A stretch of DNA of 64,000 nt from Eledone cirrhosa (lineage: Eukaryota), in contig OZ024748.1 of assembly GCA_964016885.1 (NCBI GenBank), positions 17,546,001 to 17,610,000 of the forward strand, given 5' to 3'. The notes below the pieces were generated by a model. The model made no database searches. It was not told where the DNA came from and was given only the letters and a program-made list of their open reading frames with translations. Each line of letters starts with the position of its first letter. Position 1 is the first letter of the stretch. The translations under genes and the position numbers were made by a program. Positions 56,111 to 64,000 of this stretch are shown piece by piece.

Positions 56111-56869
56111 TATACGGATTTTTGATTTTTTTTTTTTTTTTTTTCTGCTTATTTTTGTTGTTGTTATTGTTGTTTAAATCACTGAAATAGTCAAATGTAT
56201 GTCTAAGAATATATATTGTAATGCCATTAAAGCTGACATTACAACTATCTCCAAATGTATGACAACGAACTGGAATAAAACGTATATGCTACTATAATAA
56301 ATATTGACATTTCTAAACCTAAATCTCCAACTGAATTATTTTATATTTCAAAAATATAAATAATATTAACTGAATGTTTTATCTTTAGTTTTCACAAATC
56401 TTCTCAGAAAATTTGCAATAACTTCTCAGAAATGTTTAATTGTTTTTTGGTTTATATATATATATATAATAAATATACTTATTCATTTTTATTTATTATC
56501 CACACACACACACATGTGTGTGCATATGTGTATATATTTCTGTGTGTGCATACATATTTTTATATATGTGTGTGTGTATACATATGTTTGTGTATGTGTG
56601 TACATACAGATGTTTGTATGTAAAAATCTTTGTTTAACATAACAATGGAAGAAGTTTTCTAAAATATATTATAGTATTGTGAAGAAAACTAAACATTTGA
56701 CAGGATTCAATAAATCACTGCAAGGCAATACCGATTTCAATAGAATGTCAGAAAACATTATAACATTTAGTTGGTCAATAATTTTATCAGGAAAATAAAC
56801 TTAAATTTGAATGACAACTGTTAAAATTATGATTGAAACAGAATGAAATGAAATAAAATTTTCAGATTA

Positions 56870-57500
56870 TACCTATGCAAGTTTAGCTAGCATTCTCATA
56901 GGAGGTTTTTGGAGATGTTCTAATGATAGAAGATCCAGTTTTATCATGTTATTGATGTTTCAGCACACATTTATCTAGATTTAGCTGGTCTCCAATGACG
57001 ATATATTTCATAGAAGTTTTCTTAAGTCTTTTAACGTTAAGGGATCCAGTCCTATCATGCTTTTGTTGTTACAGCTCACACATTTGCAGATTTAGCTGAC
57101 CTCGAAGCAGAGGAGATTTTGGAGGCTGTTTTAATGATTGAGGCCCAATTCTATCAGGTTGCTGTTGTTACAGCTCATACATTTGCAGATTTAGCTGGCC
57201 TTCAATCAAGTTATATTTCATAGAAGTTTTCTTAATTGTTTTAATGACAGAGGATCCATTTCTATCATGCTATTGTTGTTACAGCTCATACATTTGCAGA
57301 TTTAGCTGGCCTCCAATCAAGTTATATTTCATAGAAGTTTTCTTAATTGTTTTAATAACAGAGGATCCATTTCTATCATGCTATTGTTGTTACAGCTCGT
57401 ACATTTGCAGATTTAGCTGGCCTTCAATGAGGTTGTATTGCACAGGAGATTTGGGGGTGGTTTTAATGATTGAGGCCCCAGTCCTATCGTACTACCATGC
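56870..57500. repeat. Diverged minisatellite with 111-bp and ~99-bp units, ~6 copies
   Basis: cagatttagctg-like anchor at 56878, 56976, 57087, 57186, 57297, 57408. Confidence 0.88.
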
Positions 57501-57604
57501 TCTTATAGTTATAGCTAACACCTAACTGTATCACCTAACCCATGCTAGCATGGAAGATAGATGTTAAACGATGATGATGATATATATATATATATATATA
57601 TATA

Positions 57605-57797
57605 TAGGAACAATTAGGACCCCGACGGCTGAGCTCAGGCCGTTTCGATGGCTAATTCTGGACCAGAATTAGCCGTCGAAACGGCCTGAGCTCAGCCGTC
57701 GGGGTCCTAATCATTCCTATTACCCACTCTACTACCCTAAGTATTGAGTACTTTGGTGCGTTATGGTCCACCTGGTTCCTTACCACATTTCCTTCGT

Positions 57798-57798
<1 letters not shown>
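57605..57798 (-). mobile_element. Short Penelope-like element containing a near-perfect 99-bp GC-rich palindrome (57613-57711)
   Basis: 49-bp arms around one base; relatives at ~48850-49010 and ~41097-41150; flanked by (TA)n. Confidence 0.65.
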
Positions 57799-57828
<30 letters not shown>

Positions 57829-58121
57829 TCATCATCATCGTTTAACATCTATTACTATATATATATATATGTAATTTACAGATGAGAGAAAAGAATACTC
57901 AATACCGAAGTAGAGTTCAAATATTCCTTTATATTGACTAAATAGTTAGTTTTGTTATTCAACCTGAAACTTCAAACTTACTGCCATGTTTCTGTTAGGA
58001 AAATAAATTTCTACACTCTTCTCACTAATATTCAGTACTCATTCAGATAATGGTTAAATGTTTTAAATATTTTAACCACACATCCAATTAATGTTTACAT
58101 ATATAGCAATAGATAATGTTG

Positions 58122-58159
<38 letters not shown>

Positions 58160-58163
<4 letters not shown>

Positions 58164-58747
58164 GGCAATCCCAAAAGTAAGGTCTCCTTCCAATATTGCA
58201 ACTTTTCCGTTAAAATCCTGAGGATGGTGCTTCGGGAAACCTCAGGAACCAAAATTCAGAGAGCATCCAGAGTGATCTGCCGATCTTTACGCATGTTTTC
58301 CTCGGAAGGAGACCTTACTTTTGGGATCACCCTCGTATATATATATATACATACGAGGGTAATCCCAAAAGTAAGGTCTTCAAAGCGATGGAGAGACAGA
58401 GAAACTGTTAGTATGGCTGTTGGCAACACTGTTGTGATTGGTGCTTCCTTCACTCCCAAACAAGCATGCGCGTGCTTCACTGGGATGCTCAATCTTGGGT
58501 TAGCAGCCGTTGAGAATGGAGCTCCCATTGAACGCTACCACCAAGTGCGAATTTCGCGCAGTTATAATATACGAGGGCAATCCCAAAAGTAGGGTCTCCT
58601 TCCGAGGAAAACATGCGTAAAGATCGGCGGATCACTCTGGATGCTCTCTGCATTTTGGTTCCTGAGGTTTCCCGAAGCACCATCCACAGGATTTTAACGG
58701 AAAAGTTGCAATATCAGAAGGAGACCTTACTTTTGGGATTGCCCTCG
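58160..58747. mobile_element. Mariner cluster: two 176-bp MITEs (58160-58335, 58572-58747, opposite orientation) and a mariner 5' end (58354-58566)
   Basis: TIR cgagggcaatcccaaaagtaaggtctcc with TA TSD; internal EENMRKDRRITLDALCILVPEVSRSTIHRILTEKLQY (mariner transposase HTH region); ATG at 58516 gives MELPLNATTKCEFRAVI. Confidence 0.88.
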
Positions 58748-58866
58748 TATATATATATGTACAACATTATCTATATATATATATATATATACTATAATGT
58801 TTATATATATATATATGTTTTTGTTTTGCAAGGTTTTTGATATGATTCACCCCAAGTATAACAATA

Positions 58867-59201
58867 TCATCATCATCATTTTACGTCCACTTTTCCCTGC
58901 TTGCAAGGGTGGGACGGGAACTGATTCTGGCTTGATTTCTACAGCTGGATGCCCTTCCTAACACCAACCTCATTTACAGTGAGTGCTGGGTGCTGTTTTG
59001 CCGTGGCGCCTACACGTCCACTTTGCAGTGGAATGATATGGACCCCAGTCCCTATCATCTCATTTCTACAGCTGAGTAAACTGGAGCAATGTGAAATAAA
59101 GTGTCTTGCTCAAGGAAACAACACATCACCCGGTCTGAGAATTGAACTCACAACCTTTTGATTGCAAGGCCAATGTTCTAACCACTAAGCCATGTGCCTC
59201 C
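58867..59201 (-). mobile_element. SINE family B, full length
   Basis: Same as 48203-48534. Confidence 0.9.
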
Positions 59202-59342
59202 ATATATATATATGTATACTATAATGTTAATATATAGTATAAGCCATTTATCCAATGTTCTAACAAAAGTTTCCATCAACTGAAGCCTTTGTGGAAGTAT
59301 GATAATATTGCTATTTATAGATAATGTTGGTGTTTATGTATA

Positions 59343-59459
<117 letters not shown>

Positions 59460-59488
59460 TAACAGATAATAGTACATGTGCATGTATC

Positions 59489-59523
<35 letters not shown>

Positions 59524-59688
59524 AGAGAGAGGGTGAGAGAGATGGTTACAGATGATGTTGCAGATATATGTATATATATACAGTGACAGATGATGTTCCA
59601 TGAGTATATATATATATATATATATATACGGTGAGAAATAATATATATGTATATATATGAATATCATGACACTATGTTTATGTGTGTA

Positions 59689-59721
<33 letters not shown>

Positions 59722-60167
59722 ATGTAACTTTATCTGTCACCATACATATATATATATATGGTGACAGATAAAGTTACATTTCATATTTATATATATATAT
59801 ATATATATATTCTCATTTGTTATGCTCATTTGCAAGCAGGGAAAAGCGGACGTAAAATGATGATATATATATATATGTATATATAGACAAATGATGTTGG
59901 ATTATACAGTAGTTCCATTAGGAAGTCAGGATGTTACAACAACAACAGCAATACTTACAGCACATTGCAATGTAGAATCATCATCTATATAGTGGCCTTT
60001 TGAGATTCACTGTCAGATATAATGAATGACCTTTATATCTCTACATCATCAGCTGTAGAAGTGGTGCAAGGCTGGGAGGGCAGGACAATGGAGACGGAGG
60101 AGAGAATGCTGGCTTTGTATTACTACATGCTATACATAACTCATATATATATATATATAAAAACCTG

Positions 60168-60413
60168 GGCAGCCGTTGAGAATGGAGCTCCCATTGAACG
60201 CTACCGCCAAGTGCGAATTTCGCGCAGTTATTATATACGAGGGCAATCCCAAAAGTAAGATCTCCTTCCAAGGAAAACATGCGTAAAGATCGGCGGATCG
60301 CTCTGGATGCTCTCTGCATTTTGGTTCCTGAGGTTTCCCGAAGCACCATCCTCAGGATTTTAACGGAAAAGTTGCAATATCAGAAGGAGACCTTACTTTT
60401 GGGATTGCCCTCG
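60168..60413 (+). mobile_element. Mariner 5' fragment plus 176-bp MITE (60238-60413)
   Basis: Duplicates 58503-58747. Confidence 0.87.
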
Positions 60414-60650
60414 TAGATATATATGTGTGTGTGTGTTCATATATATATATATATGTGTGTGTTTATATATATATATATATCGTTTCTGAATTTGTTTAGC
60501 AAGATTCTTTATCTGAAATCGTGTGTTGACAACATGACCCTCCCAAAGTATAACAATATATATATATATATATATGTATATATATGTGTCCCAAGGCTCT
60601 GATACCATCAACACTATAAACACAGAGCTGGCATATCTAAGAACTGACTA

Positions 60651-60706
60651 ACTGCCTGATGAGGTCATAGCCATTCAATGGCTATCATCGAAATATATAT
60701 AGCAGT
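60651..60706 (+). ncRNA. Intact minimal type I hammerhead ribozyme in a ~165-bp element (60586-60752)
   Basis: actgc CUGAUGA ggt-c-atagcca-ttcaa-tggctat-c-atc GAAA tatata UA gcagt, followed directly by AATAAA. Confidence 0.85.
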
Positions 60707-60747
60707 AAATAAAGGATTATGAGTTCATGCAATTGACTTATGTTTCG

Positions 60748-60805
<58 letters not shown>

Positions 60806-61033
60806 AATATATATATATATAAAGCAGACATACAATGACGACGATGATGATGATGATATATATTTATATGTACTAATATATATATATTTATATGTACTTA
60901 TATATACTTATATTTTATATATATATATATATGTACTTATATATATATATATATGTATGTGCTTATAAATATATATATAATAATCTATATACTATTAATA
61001 TATAGTTATGTAATAAACAACATAAGGCAATTA

Positions 61034-61094
61034 TTTCATTTACCAGTGGTTTCTTAAAAGCAAAAAAATTTTGCTTTCAATCATCAGAATGAAA
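61034..61094 (-). ncRNA. Intact type I hammerhead ribozyme (left arm)
   Basis: Reverse complement of 61436-61496. Confidence 0.85.
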
Positions 61095-61435
61095 AAATCC
61101 TGGCGTATTTATTGACGTTGGATTTTAAAAACAAAAATGCAATCTATATGAAAGTGAGGCTGGAAAAGGAAGAAGGAAAGGAAAAATAAAATAAAAACAC
61201 ACATGCAAACACACACACACACACACACACATATATACATACACATGTATATATATATACATACACACATACATACACACACACATATATACACACACAC
61301 ACACGTGTGTGTGTGTTTGCATGTGTGTTTTTATTTTATTTTTCCTTTCCTTTCCTTCTTCCCTTTCCAGCCTCACTTTCATGTAGATTGCATTTTTGTT
61401 TTTAAAATCCAACGTCAATAAATACGCCAGGATTT

Positions 61436-61496
61436 TTTCATTCTGATGATTGAAAGCAAAATTTTTTTGCTTTTAAGAAACCACTGGTAAATGAAA
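61436..61496 (+). ncRNA. Intact type I hammerhead ribozyme (right arm)
   Basis: tttcatt CUGAUGA(61443-49) ttgaaagcaaaa-ttt-ttttgcttttaa GAAA(61477-80) ccactgg UA aatgaaa; 7-bp stem I, 12-bp stem II. Confidence 0.88.
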
Positions 61497-61909
61497 TAAT
61501 TGCCTCATGTTGTTTATTACATAACTATTAAGCTCTGTTACCTACATAGAGCACTCTTTTTTCCTGGACTTTTCCGACGGAATTACTTCATTTACTATTA
61601 ATATATATATACTATTACTTATATGGCTTTAGAAATTGGATTCAAATGACAATGATTTATTCGAATCCATCAGTAGAATTCTGAATGATGTATAATATGA
61701 GAACTTTCTAGATTTCAATTGGGAAATGGTTAGGAGATTGCCAGGAACCATCACTGTGTATTTGAGGGGAAGCCATTTATAAAAGGGGCTTTTGTATTGA
61801 GGTATTTCATTAATAGTTTCAACATACACATGTATAAATCTATATAAATGTATGTGGGGAGAGTGTTTGTTTGTGTGTATGTGTGAGTGACATCATTATC
61901 ATCATCATC

Positions 61910-62340
61910 ACTTATACATGTTTTGACATGCTTGCATAGGTAGGACTGATCTTTTCCAGTAAAACAACTTCCTACAGTTGGAGATTTCTTCTTTCCACTT
62001 GGAGCTCTTGGTACTTCTTCATCCAATAATTATTGTCCATTTTCATCACATGACCAGACCAGCAAACTACATTGGATTCATCATAATCTCAATTTTTTTC
62101 TCAGCTCATTCAGATTTCGCTGTTTATGGTCATTAATGTCATCCATCCATTGAATCATGAACACTTCATTTCTCTCTAGCCTTCACATATCCTCTGCATT
62201 TCCTGCTGATGTTTCATTGCCATGCAATGCTGCACTTCACATGCAGGCATCATACAGCTGGCTGGACTTTAGTTCTTAGAAAGAAAACCTTTTGTTGTCA
62301 ACAAAGATAGAAAAATTGTTTAGCCTATTCTGGCTACTAC
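61910..62340 (-). mobile_element. Old degenerate RTE LINE 3' fragment
   Basis: Patchy reverse-complement similarity to 6900-7420 (tatgatgcctgcatgtga, gtcatgtgatg, tgcaagcatg tail). Confidence 0.55.
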
Positions 62341-62409
62341 ATTTTCAGGGCAATAACCTTCTCTAATAATTAGGTCACTTTGGTATCAAATACAAGCATA
62401 CGTACATTT

Positions 62410-62642
62410 TAACCCTTTAGCATTTACATTTCTCTATATTTACTATTGTATTTTTACAGTTAAGGCTTTATCTCACATAAGTATCTCACATCATTTCGAA
62501 TCTATGAGATTTTGATATTATTTATTTTGAGAACAATACTGATGTTAAACATCAGTATGAGTGGCTGGTGACAGCCAGTTAGAACAGAAAGAGGTGAGAG
62601 AATTCTGGCTGGATATGGCTGGTTTAAATGCTAAAGGGTTAA
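62410..62642. mobile_element. piggyBac-like MITE
   Basis: TTAA-ccctttagcattta ... taaatgctaaaggg-TTAA. Confidence 0.7.
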
Positions 62643-62805
62643 ATCTTTTATGTTCTTTACATCTAATCATGTTGCCAATTGTCTTGAGTGATGGTCTGAT
62701 GGCGTAAGCCAGCAATAGAAATACGTATTTTGTAATTGTGAAATATTAAGGAATATATTCGAATCTAGGCTTCTTATATTTAATTAAATTATACACACAC
62801 ACATG

Positions 62806-62836
<31 letters not shown>

Positions 62837-63029
62837 CACTGGATCGAGATCTTATGCAGTAATATAGAAGACATACCTTCACTTGCACACAGACCCAAAC
62901 ATACATTCAGTAGGCACCTTTTAACCACTATACCCTCTTCCACATGCACCTCCACTCCCTACACCACCCTGCTATTTTTGTCCCCACCACCCTTCCACTG
63001 TAAAGTTATGTTGGTATCACAATATCATC

Positions 63030-63398
63030 CAGCCTACATTGTAAAGTGGTTGTGTGTCACAACAAAAAGCACCCAGCCCACACTGTAAAGTGGTAGTGTA
63101 TGTCTCATGATAAAAAGCACCTAGCCCATGCTGTAAGGTGGTCATGTAGGAGTCACAACAAAAAGCACCTAGCCCATGCTGTAAAGTTGTCATGTAGGAG
63201 TCGCAACAAAAAGCACCCAGCACACACTGTAAATGTGGTTGGCGTTAGGTAGGGAATCCAGCCATAGAAACCAAGCCCAAATCAGTCCAGTATGAGCAAA
63301 ACCCCGGCTTACGACCAGACTTGTCTCACAACTGCACAGCTTATCTAAACCATGTTAGCATGAAAAATGGACATTAAATGATGATGATGATGATGATT
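63030..63398 (+). mobile_element. SINE B-related 3' part with ~57-bp tandem repeats
   Basis: aaaaagcacc(t/c)agccca..ctgtaa repeated four times, then the SINE B core and a (GAT)n tail. Confidence 0.6.
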
Positions 63399-63609
63399 GT
63401 CTGTCTGTCATTTCTATTTACATTTTACTATCTGTTATATGCAGCTTTCATTAAAATGGTCGTGAAGTAAACATTTTTATTTATACACACTTTGAAATTT
63501 TTGATTGTTTTAAAATCTTAACTCAAATAAAGAACGGAGTACGGGACTGCGTCCAGAATATATTTTTTTATCTTATTTGTAAAATAAGTTGGATTACTTT
63601 GAATAAATA

Positions 63610-64000
63610 ATTGTTTCTACGTTAGGCACAAGGCCAGCAATTACCCAGTGCATTACTGGTACTTTGATTAAATAATTGTATCTACTTTAGGCACAAGGCT
63701 AGCAATTATTCAGTGCATTACTGGTACTTTATTTTATCGACCCCGTAAGGATGAAAGGCAAAGTCAACCTCGGCGGGATTTGAACTCAGATCGTAAAGGG
63801 ACGTAACTATGCTGGAAAGCATGGCATCCGACCCTCTACCGACACTGCCAAGAATAAATAATTGTTTCTACTTTTGGCACAAGGCCTGCAATTATCCCAG
63901 TGTATTACTGGTACTTTATTATATCGACCCCGTAAGGATGAAAGGCAAAGTTAACCTCTGCGGGTTTGAACTCAGAATGGCAAGGGCCGTAACTCAATAC
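63610..64000 (-). mobile_element. Tandem SINE family A copies
   Basis: Three 3' ends, each preceded by taaataattgt; full copy ~63675-63851. Confidence 0.85.

Larger units (their letters stand above)
61003..61529. mobile_element. Inverted pair of ~220-bp Penelope-like pseudo-LTRs around a (CA)/(TA) spacer
   Basis: 61003-~61220 and ~61305-61529 are near-identical inverted copies. Confidence 0.85.

Overview
Eukaryotic, very AT-rich, repeat-dominated DNA with no confidently identifiable host gene. The SINE/LINE repertoire and (TA)n density point to a coleoid cephalopod, probably Octopus (inference). Almost all listed ORFs are microsatellite artefacts. Real content: a 14.8-kb array of a 38-bp satellite with higher-order structure; fragments of RTE, CR1-like and Penelope-like retroelements; several tRNA-headed SINE families; mariner, Tc1 and piggyBac-like MITEs. 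The main unexplained signal is a dense set of type I hammerhead ribozyme (HHR) motifs (stem I-CUGANGA-stem II-GAAA-short, often palindromic stem III-UH-stem I). They occur in several unrelated short Penelope-like elements. Several sit in inverted repeats, two families have very long stem II, and one appears converted into a perfect palindrome. One 335-bp HHR-bearing palindrome has about 23 arm-to-arm transitions all of one polarity, as expected from an A-to-I hyper-edited hairpin RNA written back into the genome. All folds and counts were done by eye and need computational confirmation.
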